Positions 48,618-61,080 of a stretch of DNA of 64,000 bases are shown piece after piece (the stretch's first letter is position 1; the number at the start of each line of letters is the position of its first letter). The notes beneath the pieces were generated by a model. That model was not told where the DNA came from. It was given only the letters and a program-made list of their open reading frames with translations, and searched no databases. Source of the DNA: Felis catus (Eukaryota); NCBI RefSeq assembly GCF_018350175.1, contig NC_058368.1:69876001-69940000 (forward strand), given 5' to 3'. Both the position numbers and the translations under genes were made by a program.

Positions 48618-50160
48618 TTAAGCAGGCTCCATGCTGAGCATGGAGCCAGACGTGGGGCTCGATCCCAAAACCCTGGGATCATGACCTGAGCCAAAAATCA
48701 AGAGTTGGATGCTCAACTGAGTCACCGAGGCGCCCCTCTTTCAACCATTTTAATAGGTATGTAACAATAGCTCATTGTGGTTTTAAACTTGCATTTCCCT
48801 AATGGTTGTGATACCAACTATATTTTCATGGGCTTGATGATGATGTCTTTTTGGCAGAGTATCTGTTCAAGTCTTTTGCCCGTTTTAAAATTACATTGTT
48901 TTCTTACTATTCAGAGAACTCTTCAGATACTGTACATGTAACTCCTCTGTCTGATACGTGATCTGGAACTATTTTGTCTCATTGTGTCCTTTGTCTTTTT
49001 GTTCTCTTAGCAGTATCTCTGCAGATAAAACTTTGTGTGTGCTATACAAAACTGCATCGTTTTGATGAAGTTGAATTAATAATTTTTTTTCTTTTCTCTT
49101 TAGTTTTTTTTTTTTTTTGATGTTTGTTTTTGAGAGAGAGAGAGAGGGGAAGAGAGAGCGAACAAGCAGGGGAGGGGCAGAGAGAGGGTGACACAGAATC
49201 TGAAGCAGGCTCCAGACTCTGTGCTCAGAGCCTGACACGGGGCTTGAACCCATGAACCATGAGATCATGACTTGAGCTGAAGTCGGATGCTGAAACGACT
49301 GAGCCACCCAGGCGCCCCTGTTTATTTTTGAGAGAGAGAGAGGTCACGCATGTGCAACATAGGGGAGGGGCAGAGAGAGAGGGAGACAGAGGATCCAAAG
49401 CAGGCTCTGCAGCAGAGAGCCCAGCCCCATGCAGGGTTCAAACTCACAAACTGAGCAGTCATGACCTGAGCCGAACTCAGACACTTAGCCGACTGAGCCA
49501 CCAGCTGCCCCGATAACGTTCTGTTTCTTAACATGACTGCTACTACATAAGTGTGTTCAATTATGAAAATTTACCATACACATTCCTGTATGTATTTAAC
49601 ACTGTTTTAAAAATAGGGTGTGTTTTGATCCTATAGGCCTAGAGGCTGGTTTTGAGCCAGCATCTGGCTGGCTCAACAGAGCATGTGACCCTTGATCTCA
49701 GGGTCATGAGTTCAAACTCCATGTTGGGCATGGAACCTACTTTAGAAAAAAATTCAGTGTGTTTGTATTTGGTGGGCATGGTAGGGGAATATAACACAAC
49801 TGGCATCAAAATCCAACCACATGATCCATTACCATTAATGTGTTGTAGGGTTCTGTTGGCTAATGTTTTACTTAAAAGTTTTCCACTGTTATTCATAAGG
49901 GAAATTGGCCTATAGTTTTTTTTTCTTAGTGCCATCTTTATCAAGGACTGGGACAACAGAACACTTGTTTCATACAATGAGCTTGGAAGTTTTCCTTCTT
50001 CTTCTATGTGCTGGCTTATGTTAAAATAGCATTGGGACGACCTGATCTTTAAAGGTGGACAGAAGACAGAATTCCCCTTTCTAATCTGGACCTGGGGTGA
50101 CTTCCTCTATTTCTTCACTGGTAGTCTGTTTAGACAGGTTAATTTTGATAAGTAGAATTT
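46500..50160 (-). mobile_element. Old L1 fragments (3' ends plus an ORF2 RT piece) carrying six SINEs (47360-, 48150-, 48505-, 49100-, 49322-, 49654+)
   Basis: Minus ORF 49639-49977 contains KKNYRPISLMNNSGKLLSKTLANRTLQHI (L1 RT motif); TTTCCAGTTTGGGGCAATTATGAATAGAGCTG 3' UTR motif. Confidence 0.8.
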
Positions 50161-50182
50161 TTCTTAAAAATTATACATTAGA

Positions 50183-50349
50183 GGGGCGCCTGGGGGGCTC
50201 AGTCAGTTAAGCATCTGGCTTCGGCACAGGTCATGATCTCGCGGTTCGTGGGTTCGAGGGCCACGTCGGGCTCTGTGCTGACAGCTCGGAGCCTGGAGCC
50301 TGGAGCCTGCTTCGGATTCTGTGTCTCCCTTTCTCTCTGCCTGTCCCCT

Positions 50350-50386
<37 letters not shown>

Positions 50387-51283
50387 ATTAACATTAAAAA
50401 ACATTTTTTTAAATTATACATTAGATCACTAACTGTGTTATCTCAGGTTAGTTACCTCATCACCAGAAGCCTCAGTTTCTTGGTCTGAAAAAAGGAGATA
50501 ATGATAGAACCTCCTTCATATGGGAAAAATTTCTGACTGGTAACTGGTAAGTCCTTAGTAAATATGAGCCAGTGTACTAACAAACTTTAAGACAGAAAAA
50601 ATACCTTGCAAAACACAATTGATCTGCCTTCGTATTAGAAGAACCAGTAACACCTAAATCTACTGTCTTGCTGGTAACGTCATTTCCTTGGAAAATAACC
50701 AGTTATGACACATACTAAGAACTTTGCTTTTCTAGTTTTCCTTATAGTTTAAATTTTTTTTTAATATTTTTTTTTGGGGGGGGGGCAGGAGTGGGAGAGG
50801 AGAGGGAGGGAGGGAGGGAGGGAGGGAGGGAGAGAGAGAGAGAGAGAGAGAATGAGCCAGAAAGGGGAAGAGAGGGGGAGAGACAGAATCTGAAACAGGT
50901 TCCAGGCTCCCAGCTGTCAGCACAGAGCCTGATGGGGAGCTTGAACTCAAGAACCACGAGATCATGACCCGAGCAGAAGTCGGACACAACTGACTGAGCC
51001 ACCTAGGTGCCCCTTTTTAATTTTTTTAATGTGTATTTATTTCTGAGCCACAGAGAGAGACAGAGAGAGAGAGAGACAGAGAGAGAGAGAGACAGAGAGA
51101 GCGTACATGAGTGGGGGCGGGGGGAGGGGCGGGCAGAGAGCAAGGGAGACACAGAATCCGAAGCGGGCTCTAGGCTCTGAGCTGTCAGCACAGAGAACAA
51201 CACAGGGCTTGAACTCATGAAATGTGAGATCATGACCTGAGCTGAAGTCCCGTGCCCACCAACTGAGCCACCCAGGTGCCCCT
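50183..51283. mobile_element. Can-SINE (+, 50183-50410), MIR fragment, and two nested minus Can-SINEs (50752-51013, 51015-51283)
   Basis: Outer TSD TTTCCTTATAGTTT flanks both minus copies. Confidence 0.88.
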
Positions 51284-51924
51284 TTCCTTATAGTTTTAAA
51301 GTAACTTCATGTATACTATATTCATTGGTTTTATGTAAGAACTGAGAAGAAGGCAGTGGTTTATAAAGAAACATTACATTTTTTTCTGAATGTAAAACGC
51401 ACAGATGCTCATTGAAAAAATTTTAGACATTTGCAAAATAATTTTTTCAAAAGTGAAAAAACTTAAAATCCTAACAACAACAAAAAAGGACTCACATAGT
51501 GGTATTTTTCCCTCCTTCCAAATTTTTTTCCTACGCATTTAAGAATCAAAATTGTAATTTCATTTTGTATGCAAACTTGTGTCCTGACTCTTAAACTGAA
51601 TATAATAAAAATGACTTATCCTGTACAGATCAGTCTCAGAATGGGGTCCGTCCAACACATCTGTGACTCTAAGTAGCCCAGAGAAATAAGGTAAGACTTT
51701 ACTCGATGTCTCTGAAGGGTATTGTGATGGGGGAAAATTGAAGCAGGTACAATGAGAACTCCAAGGAAAGTTTGAGCATTGTAAAATGGATTTTGGATGT
51801 TTTGTTGTGTTTTCATGATTAATATTTCCTTCCCAGTCTCTACAGATGATAATAGGATAACAACCCTTCTCGTTTGTCGTCTGTGCTAACTGTCCTTCAA
51901 CATTCCTTCTCCCCTAATTCGATA

Positions 51925-52332
51925 CCCATGGGATTATCAGTTTGGCTATGGCAGTTCTTCTAAAGACGACATTTCCCAGACTCCCTTGCATTTGATGTAG
52001 CACTGTGACCACATTCTCGCCAATGGGGCGTGTCTGAAAGTGATGCACATAACTTGCAGATTGTGGCCCTAAAGAGAGTGTTTCCTTTTCTTTCCCCATC
52101 CGTCTTAACTAGAATATACTAGAATGTGGGAACTAGAATTGTCTTCTTGGACAGCAAGATGGAAGCTATGCCTAGGACGGCAGAGCTACAGAATAGAAGG
52201 AAGCTGGGTCCCTGGTTCTGGGAATCCAGTTCCAGACACCCTGCCTAGGTTTCTCTGCAAGAAAATTATACTTCTGTCTAGTTCAATAAAAGTTTCTCTG
52301 TTAGCGCAGCCAAATCTAAATCCTAACAGCAC
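51925..52332 (+). mobile_element. Old MLT1 (G/H/I-like) LTR
   Basis: ACATTTCCCAGACTCCCTTGCA...GTGACCACATTCTCGCCAATGG; end GTTAGCGCAGCCAAATCTAAATCCTAAC. Confidence 0.72.
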
Positions 52333-52604
52333 ACCTTCTCACAAGTTTATACTCAGTCCTCGTTGGCCTTATGTTCACTCTGTTCTGTGATCCACTGACC
52401 CGGCATCTTGGTGAATGCCTTATCATACAAAGGAGGCTGACCTCCATCCCTGCTGCCACATCCTCGGCCCAAGCCCGTATGCTCCCATCCCCATCCAGGT
52501 GCTGGCCACGGAGGTCCTTTCCTCCTACCCCAGTGCCTCCCTAACTCTATCAGGCAGAAGAGTCTATTAAGCATTTAAATAAAAATGATTAAAAAGCTTA
52601 AAAC

Positions 52605-54064
52605 CCTTTTTTTATTTGAGAGAGAGGGAGAACACGAGCAAGGGAGAAGGGCAGAGGGAGAGAGAGAATCTCAAGCAGTTTCCTGCTCAGCACAGAGCGT
52701 GACACAGAGCTTGATCCCATGACCTGAGCCAAATTAAGAGTTTGATGCTCAACCGATTGTGCCACCCAGGTGCCCCCCCCCCCCAAAACCCATATTTTAA
52801 TGACTGGAAAGATTCCATTCTATACTTTTTAAAAGTATTTTTTAATGATTATTTATTTTTGAGAGAGAGAGACAGAGAGAGACAGAGAGTGAGCAGGGGA
52901 GGGGCAGAGAGAGAGGGAGACACAGAATCCAAAGCAGACTCCAGGCTCTGAGCTGTCAGAACACCCATGAGATCATGACCTGAGCTGAAGTTAGATGCTT
53001 AACAGACTGAGCCACTCAGGCACCCCTAAAAGAATTTTTTTAAGTTTGTTTGTTTGTTTGTTTGTTTGTTTATTTATTTTGGAGAGAGAGAAAGAAAGCA
53101 TGGAGTTGGAGAGGGGCAGAGAGAGAGGGACAGAGAGAATCCCAAACAGGATCTGCCCTTTCAGCACAGAACCCAATGCAGGGCTCAAACCCATGAACTG
53201 TGAGATAATGACCTGAGCCGAAGTCTGTCGCTGGATCGACTGAGCCAACCAGGCATCCCCCATTCTATAATGTTTAAATCAACCACTATCATTGGATATT
53301 GCTTACCATTATAGAGAATAACAAGCCATGGTAAAAAGAAAATGGGCAGCAGGAAGGGCAGGTGTGACTTTGACTTCCACTCTTTTTAAAAAAAAATTTT
53401 TAACGTTTATTTTTGAGAGAGACGGAGCATGAATGGAGAAGGGGCAGAGAGAGGAGGAGACACAGAATCCGAAGCAGGCTCCACATTCCAAGCTGTCATC
53501 ACAGAGCCTGATGCGGGGCTCGAACCCACAAGCCACGAGCCGAAGCTGACACTTAACCGACTGAGCCACCCAGGCGCCCATTGACTTCCACTCTTAACCG
53601 TTCACCAACTGTGATTTTGAGCAAATCATTTCCCCTCCCCAGCCTTCCATTTTCTCAATTGTTTAATAAACACTACAATACCCATCTCTCTGATTTGTCA
53701 CGAAGGTTAGAGATAAGTCAGCTAGCATGATAGCGCTCCCACGTAGCAGGTTCAACAAAGGGGTGGCGGTGGTACATTTCTGTACAATAATGCTATTTCT
53801 GCATACTGGCATTTTTATTAAATGATAAGAATCCTGCAGTGGGGGATTATTGGTTCAAAGGATAGAATGTTTTTTAGATCCTTGATTCACACTTGGTAGG
53901 ACTTATCACTGACATTTTTCAAAGTAAGAAACCAAGGCTCAGGGGGGCCTGGGTGGCTCAGTTGGTTGAGCATCTGACTCTTGATGTAGGCTCAGGTCAT
54001 GATCCTAGGTTCATGGGATCCAGCCCTGAACTGGGCTCTGTGCTGACAGCATGGAGCCTGCTTG

Positions 54065-54104
<40 letters not shown>

Positions 54105-55186
54105 CTTTTCTGCTCTTTCTCTCTCTCTCTCAAAATAAATAAATAAACTTAAAAAAAATAAAAAAGAAACCAAGGCTCAGAGAAGTAAAGTAGTTCAGCT
54201 AGGGTTTTAGGCCTCATAAATGGTAGAGACCATATTAAACCCATATCTTCTAACTTCTGGTCTTGGGCAATTTCTACCAAGTGTCATAGACCCAGAGCCC
54301 TAATCTTTGCACTGTGAGAAATGGAATTAAAACTGTTTGTGAAAATCAGCTGTGTAAGATCACTGGACATTATAATATTACTCATTCTGACCCATCCTCT
54401 CAGCTAACTTTTATGGGTGTGTAGCAAGGGAGGGGATGTGGTAGAAAGTCAGCAGCATCGGTCAGGGAATCGGGGATTCTTCCCAGCCTCGTCATTTACT
54501 CCTCATGTTATCTTGGCAGAACAGTCAATATATCCGGGTGACAGTTAACTTATCTGTAAAAACAAGAAGAACTCTGGGTAATTCCAGAAGGTCACTTCTT
54601 GTTTAAAGTCCTATCGTTAAGCAGGGTGATGTGGACAAATCTGGGTAATCAAGACTGAAGCCGTCTTCCTACTTTTTCCTATTTTTTAGTAAAATACCTT
54701 TTACTAAATATTATGCCACAGCTGAGTTAACAGTTGCAAATATACGTATATTTGTTCACATTTTCTTTCAAAATGCACTCAGACTCCAAGAGAGGAGCTC
54801 GTGTGTGCATATCCCATAAATGTGTCGAGGATTTGAAGTTGGATCTACTCAACTTTCCACTCCATTTAAGAAAAACGTATTTGTGTAAAGATTAGAAGAA
54901 AATGAAAATAAGAAAGCCATGGAATTTGGGGGATGGCATAAGAGTAGAATTTTCTTTTCTTTTTTTTTAAGTTTATTTATTTTGAGAGAGAGAGAGAGAG
55001 AGAGAGAATGTGCGCATGCACACCCGTGGGCAGGGGAGGCGCAGAGAGAGAGAGGGAGAGAATCCTAAGCAGGCTCCCCGCTGCCAGTGCAGAGCCGGAC
55101 TTGGGGCTCATTCTCACGACCGAGAGATCATGACTGGAGCTGAAACCAAGAGTTGAACACTTACTCAACAGCCACCCAGCCGCCCC
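52605..55186. mobile_element. SINE-dense block: Can-SINEs 52605-, 52838-, 53040-, 53395-, 53942+, 54960- interleaved with MIR relics
   Basis: SINE motifs; TSDs AAGAAACCAAGGCTCAG and TTGACTTCCACTCTT; MIR cores at ~53600-53760, ~54170-54260, ~54435-54570. Confidence 0.85.
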
Positions 55187-55318
55187 TCTTTTCTTTCAAT
55201 TACCCTCAGTGTTGTTTATGCAATGCCAACAACAATAATAATAAAACTTCCTAAGATGCTGGTGGCAAATTCTGGCTTTGAGAACTTTGCCTTGGGGACT
55301 TTAAAACAGTAAATTCTT

Positions 55319-55543
55319 GGGGCGCCTGGGTGGCGCAGTCGGTTAAGCATCCGACTTCAGCCAGGTCACGATCTCGCGGTCCGTGAGTTCGAGCCCCGCG
55401 TCGGGCTCTGGGCTGATGGCTCAGAGCCTGGAACCTGTTTCCAATTCTGTGTCTCCCTCTCTCTCTGCCCCTCCCCATTCATGCTCTGTCTCTCTCTGTC
55501 CCAAAAATAAATAAAAACGTTGAAAAAAAAATTAAAAAAAAAT
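55319..55543 (+). mobile_element. Young SINEC_Fc
   Basis: Near consensus; TSD TAAAACAGTAAA(T/G)TCTT. Confidence 0.95.
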
Positions 55544-55684
55544 AAAACAGTAAAGTCTTCTTCTTTTTTTTTTTTTTTTTTTAATATTTTTGAAATTCTG
55601 ATTAGTTTCAGTCTGGGTGGGTAAACATAATAGATGTGGGTAGCTTTCTCTGAAACTGCCAGCCTGTAAGATGGGAAGATTTCT

Positions 55685-55909
55685 TTTTTTTTTTTTTTTA
55701 ATTTTTTTCAACGTTTATTTATTTTTGGGACAGAGAGAGACAGAGCATGAACGGGGGAGGGGCAGAGAGAGGGAGACACAGAATCGGAAACAGGCTCCAG
55801 GCTCTGAGCCATCAGCCCAGAGCCTGTCGCGGGGCTCGAACTCACGGACCGCGAGATCGTGACCTGGCTGAAGTCGGACGCTTAACCGACTACGTCACCC
55901 AGGCGCCCC
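55685..55909 (-). mobile_element. Young SINEC_Fc
   Basis: Near consensus; TSD AAGATGGGAAGATTTCT at 55668 and 55910. Confidence 0.95.
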
Positions 55910-56135
55910 AAGATGGGAAGATTTCTGCACAGGGCACATTTAAAAAATTTGCCACATCAACAGATTTTTGGGATGGAGCAGCAGGGAGGCACCTAAGCCC
56001 TCTGAGGAGACGCCCACTTCTTCCAACACCGCCCTCACTCCCGTCTCATTCTCTCTGTGCACCCACCTGAAATTAGACGCAATTCATGTCAGCGGCTCAC
56101 CCTGCCCCACCTCTGCGCTGTGATTCTGAAAACAC

Positions 56136-56300
56136 CCGTGGTTCTCATTCAGGGGCGGTTGATCCCTCCACCTCCCACCCCAAGGGGTATTTATCAATGT
56201 CTGGAGACATTTTGGGGTGTCATAAACAATGCATGGGACAGGCCCCACAGCAGAGAATGATCCAGCCCAAAATGTCAGTGCTGAGGTTGAGGAACTGTGA
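56136..56300. mobile_element. MER20 hAT MITE with internal deletion
   Basis: GTGGTTCTCA...CAATGTCTGGAGACATTTTGG...CAGCCCAAAATGTCAGTGCTGAGGTTGAGGAAC. Confidence 0.85.
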
Positions 56301-57042
56301 TTTCGGGCTAAGAGAAGTGAAGATAGGGTGTGGGCTCTGGCCTCGTCCCCTGTGGCTGGCTGTCATTTGCCCAGGGTACAGGAAGTAAGCAAAGGATCAT
56401 GGGCCAGTCCTTTAGTTCCACCCCAGTGACGTCAGCTCCTAGAAATCTAGTGTCGGAGGCTTTGTCCTGATGAAGACTGATCTTGCTGGAATCTGCCCAC
56501 CTGTGGACACAGGGAGTTGGACCTTGCCCCGAAAAAGTGCCTGTGACATACATTCCTGCTTCTTCCTGCCATTCGCCCTTTCTGTGACACCTGTTTCTCG
56601 ACACAGTAAGCTTCCTGCAAAACCAGTTTCCCAAGCTGGGCGGCTGAGCCCCGACCGCTTCAAAATCTCTCTTCCTTGATTATGTGGCACAAGAGGGCGT
56701 GTGGGCAGGCCCCAGTACCAGGCGAGGGAAAACTGGCTAAGAGGAGAAGCTATCAGAAATGCTCATGAAACAATCAAGCCATAATGAGGAAGTGCAACTA
56801 ACCCCCGCGCCAACTCCCCCCAAAGGATGGCGATACCATAACAGCTCCGGGGATTTAGAGGTGGCTCGTCGCACCCAGAAGGGAAAGACAGAGGAAGCAG
56901 TTGGGCAGAGACCGTGGGATCAAAGAAGAAAAGGGCCCACCAACAGGATAAAATAATGGCCCTGTCTGGAGAGCCAAGAAAGGGAACTGACTACCTGACC
57001 ACACGCGGCTTGGTGAAAATACTTCTTACACCATCTGGCTCC

Positions 57043-57147
57043 CTTTATTTTATTTTTTCCGTAAACTCTGTACCCAACGTGGGGCTCAAACTCACAGCCC
57101 GAGATCAAGGGTCACATGCTCTTCTGACTGAGCCAGCCAGGTGCCTC
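57043..57147 (-). mobile_element. Short Can-SINE
   Basis: TSD CCATCTGGCTCC. Confidence 0.85.
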
Positions 57148-58735
57148 GCCATCTGGCTCCTTTTAATTCTGTATTTACAGTACAACTCTGACCTCAATGT
57201 GTGTGTGTGTTTGAGGTTGTGCTTCTCTGTCGACCAGGTAAAATGAAGACTTGGCTGCTTTTATTGCCGGTTAATAAATGAGTATTTTGGTTTTATTGAG
57301 TCCCACCCATTTACCCTTCGGGGGAGACCGAATCGCAAGACCTGTGTGGCCGAGTCGCCTGGAAACAGAGCAAGAGGCCTTTGGCAACTCCCGTGGTGAC
57401 AAGATGAGGGGCCATCTTGCTTCCGGTTGAGGGACGGGGGAGTCCTTCATTCTCAAGGCATTAAAAATGGTTTCCAGCACGAGTGGCTCTCTGTGCACGC
57501 ATAGGCCCTTGTCAATCCCTCGTGGTTGATGACATCGTGGAGGGAAGATAGAGAATAAGGCCTCTGTACCACCAGCTCATGTGGCTCTTCCTCTTCCGTG
57601 GAAGAGATTTGGCATTCCCATGAGTCCAGCCAAATCTTATTCATTAATCAAGTCAGTTAGGGGTAAGGAAAAGGGAGAGGCTTTTAAATACAGAGGAAAG
57701 GGACAGATGGATGAACCCGAGCAGGTCAGTAGGCATGAAAGGTTTTCCTAGTGTTAGAACTTGGCAAAATCTCGTGGGCAGTTGCCAAGGCCAAAGTGGT
57801 TAACCGAGCAGGGACCAGGTGAGGCATCCTTTCTCAGGCTTGTGCAGGGAAAGGTCCCCTGACATTCTGAGCCCTGTGCACATGCCTCCCCCGCTGGTTT
57901 AGGCCTTCTTCTAGCTGCTCTGACCACCAGCTTCTGGATTTCTGCACTTTCGGAGCTTCTGCTCAGGACTTTGACTTCACCCAGTGGATTGGGCCTTTTC
58001 AGATTCCGGGGATGCTTCTCCAGTCTGGATCCCCCAAGTGGCTTTATCCCATCTAGACCTGCCTGGAAAGCTTAGACGGATTCAATGCCCAGGCCTCACC
58101 AGAGGTAAATGACTGAATGTTTTGTTCCTTCCGCCAGATCCCACATGCTTAATCTGAGATCAGTGCAATGGAGAGAAGGAGTCTGAGCTGGGTCGGTAGG
58201 AAAATACCACCTGTACGGTGATAGGCGAATCTCAAGGCCCCAGAGAGCCCGTGAAAGGCATGCATTGTGGTACGAAGCCTGCACAGCAACCGGGAAGGGG
58301 TACGTGTAGCCAAGCGTCTCCATGAAATGGCACAGGAATGTGCACGACGCCACAGACACACGTCTCAGAGCCTGCGCCGTACTGGAGTCTCCAGTCCTAG
58401 TTCTGCTGACATTGGAGGCGAGAGTCCGGCAGCCTGAACTTGAACCAAGGTTTCCTAATGGTTCTCAATGACCCTAAAGAACGAGAGCCGCAGGGGAAAG
58501 CACCGTACGCTTGGGACATAACCCTGCACCAAAGAGTTGTATCAGGTTTGCGGGATTAATGATGGGCTTTTCTTACTGCCCACTTTTTTGCTACTGCTAT
58601 TTTACCTTTCCAGCGAAAATTATTTTGCTTTTACAATGAAAAATAAAATAAGAGAAAACAAACATAAATAAGTAAAGAGTTAAGATATGTAAACAAAAAG
58701 GAGGAAATGAGGAACTGGATGGAGAAGGACCTAGA

Positions 58736-58940
58736 GGGGCACCTGGGTGGCTCAGTCGGTCGAGGGTTGGAGCTCAGCTCAGGTCATGATCTCACGGTTC
58801 CCGAGTTCAAGCCCCGCGTTGGACTCACTTCTGTCAGAGCAGAGCCCACTTAGGGTCCTCTGCCCCCCCCCCCCCCCCCCGCACCTTCTCCTTTCTCTGT
58901 CTCTCTCTCAAAAATAAATAAAAACACTTAAAAAAAAATA
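58736..58940 (+). mobile_element. Can-SINE with poly-C run
   Basis: TSD GACCTAGAG. Confidence 0.9.
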
Positions 58941-59014
58941 AAGACCTAGAGAAAGGGGCATAGGTAGGCAGCCTGATGAAGACAGGAACTGCCAGGGGCA
59001 GCCAGAGAAGGGGA

Positions 59015-59300
59015 GGAACTTTAGATCCAGACTTACGACACCTGGGTTGGATGGCAGCTCTGTGCGACCAGCCATTATCTTGAAGTGAGACGCTGAGCCT
59101 CAGGTTTTTGTGAAATCTGAATTTAATACCTGCTGGCGTCATGCCAGCCCCTGTCCTCAGTGCTTTACCCACATCCTCTCATCCGATCATCGCAGAAACA
59201 TGTTGCGATCGATGCAATTATCATCCAGTTTTCCAGATAAGGAAGCGAGAGACAGAGAGTAACTTGCCCAGAGACCCTAGGAAGTGCCAGCGCCGGGAAA
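59015..59300. mobile_element. Two oppositely oriented MIR relics
   Basis: CTGAGCCTCAGG...TGTGAAAT (+) and CCAGTTTTCCAGATAAGGAAGC...TAACTTGCCCA (-). Confidence 0.6.
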
Positions 59301-60689
59301 TAAGTAGGAATGTGCTTCGGGAAGCTCACAGGGCTGCATGTCAGGAGGCAGCCAGTGTTTTCCTAGTGGCCGAGTAATTCCCTTGATCCCTTTGGCCCCT
59401 TCTCTGCACTATCATCCGCTCTCTTCCCAAAGGGCTGCTTTCTCTGAGATCGACACCGCCTGAGACAGACTCCGAACTGGCTCGGCTGGGAAAATGCCAT
59501 CCCTCCGGTGACAGGAAAGTATGGTCACAGGGAAGCCCCGTAGAAGCCAGCATCCTCACACCACACCTGCCCTGTGACTCTGAGGTATTACCTGCTCTTC
59601 AGCCAGAGCTCGGGTTACAGTGTTGGCACAGCTGGGCTCCAGTCCCAGCCCAGCCACCTGCCGGCCGTGCGGCATCTCGTTCAACCCACGAGTTGAACCC
59701 ACTCGTTCAATCCATCTGCCTGCCATGCTTGCTGCTCTTGGGGATGCCTGGGTCTTTCAAAAGCCCTGCAGGGGATTCTAATGTCCAGCTAGCATTGACA
59801 CTCGCTCCTAACTTTTCGTTCCTTACGTGTAAAATGAGAGGAACCACTTATAATCCAAACTTATTTCATGAGTACCTGTTAGGCATTTTCTCACATATCT
59901 CCCAGGAAAAGCCCAGGAATCCAGCACCACATATCCCCTATTTCACGCCGAGTCTCTGCTTAGTGGCAGAACCGAGCCCCAAACCCAACTGTTCAGCCAC
60001 TAACACAATTCTTTGCACGCCTGACATCTATCAACATGTATTTCTCGCACACAGTTGTTCTGAGTATTAGCCAAGAAACTCCCAGCACAATGCGTGACAC
60101 ATAAGCCAACAAATGTAAAATCCTTAATTAGTAACTTGAGATGGGAATTTATTTTAACCTACATTTTCCCAGATCTCTTGGAGTGCTCTATTTTTTTTTT
60201 TTTTTTAAGGCAAGGCAACGTGTTCCTCTTCAGTGATCACTAGCCGCGTAAAATTCAAAATCAGGGAACTTACCTCCAATCCAGGATTTCCCAGGCCAAC
60301 TTTGCTCAGCCACAGTCTGACTTGGGTGGTCCTTTGGGGCCACTACAACATGGTCTGTTTCCTGGAGTAGAACACATTGGCCTTCCAGAAGGGTGGGGGT
60401 GCTTGGAAGTGGTGGCGACCCCACGCAGCCTGTGCCGTACCCGCTTCGTCTTCGTGTGGCTCTTGTTTCAGGAAATGTTGGCCTCTTGTCTCTGGTGATC
60501 CGAGTATCTGCAATGACTCCCTGATGCAGGACAGAAATCCAAGGCTATGGTCATGGCCTGTCAGCCCAGTGGGCCAGCTGAGGGCTGTGAACCCTCCCGG
60601 TGACCATCTGGATCATAAGCAGGCATGTAAAGGGCACAATGTGTCAATAAACCTTCCTTGAAACATCACCCCCCTTCTCCCCAGCACAC

Positions 60690-61080
60690 ATCACCTGCGT
60701 GCCTCAGAATCACCTGCAGAGCTTGTTAAAGCACCCATTTCTGGCCCCATGCTGAGAGTTTCTTTCTTCTCCTTCTTTTTTTTTTTTTTTTAGTGTTTGT
60801 TTATTTGAGTGAGAAGTGGGGGCGGGGGTGGGGGGGCACAGAGAGAGAGAGAGAGGGAGAGAAAGAATCCCAAGCAGGCTTCCCACTGTCAGCGCAGAGC
60901 CCTACCTGGGGCTTGATCCCACAAACTGTGAGATCATGACCTGAGCGGAAATCAAGAGTTGGACATTCCACTGACTGAGCCACCCAGGCGGCCCCAGAGT
61001 TTGATTGAGTACAGCTGTGCATTTTGAACCTGTTCTCAGATGCTGCTGATCCAAGGACCACACTTTGTGACCCACTGAAC
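60690..61080. mobile_element. MER5A MITE split by a Can-SINE (60775-60994, -)
   Basis: CAGAATCACCTGCAGAGCTTGTTAAA and GATGCTGCTGATCCAAGGACCACACTTTG. Confidence 0.85.

Noticed and set aside
49840..49930. Reverse transcriptase-like peptide NYRPISLMN
   Set aside because: Short degraded L1 ORF2 fragment, not an intact or domesticated RT.
57250..57830. Possible LTR relic
   Set aside because: LTR-like composition, but I could not identify termini or family.
1945..60994. Many ORFs sharing motifs such as WVAQSVK, SAQVMIS, LEPASDSVS that look like a gene family or repeat array
   Set aside because: Translations of Can-SINE bodies; not genes, and not a CRISPR-like array (irregular spacing, poly-A tails, TSDs).
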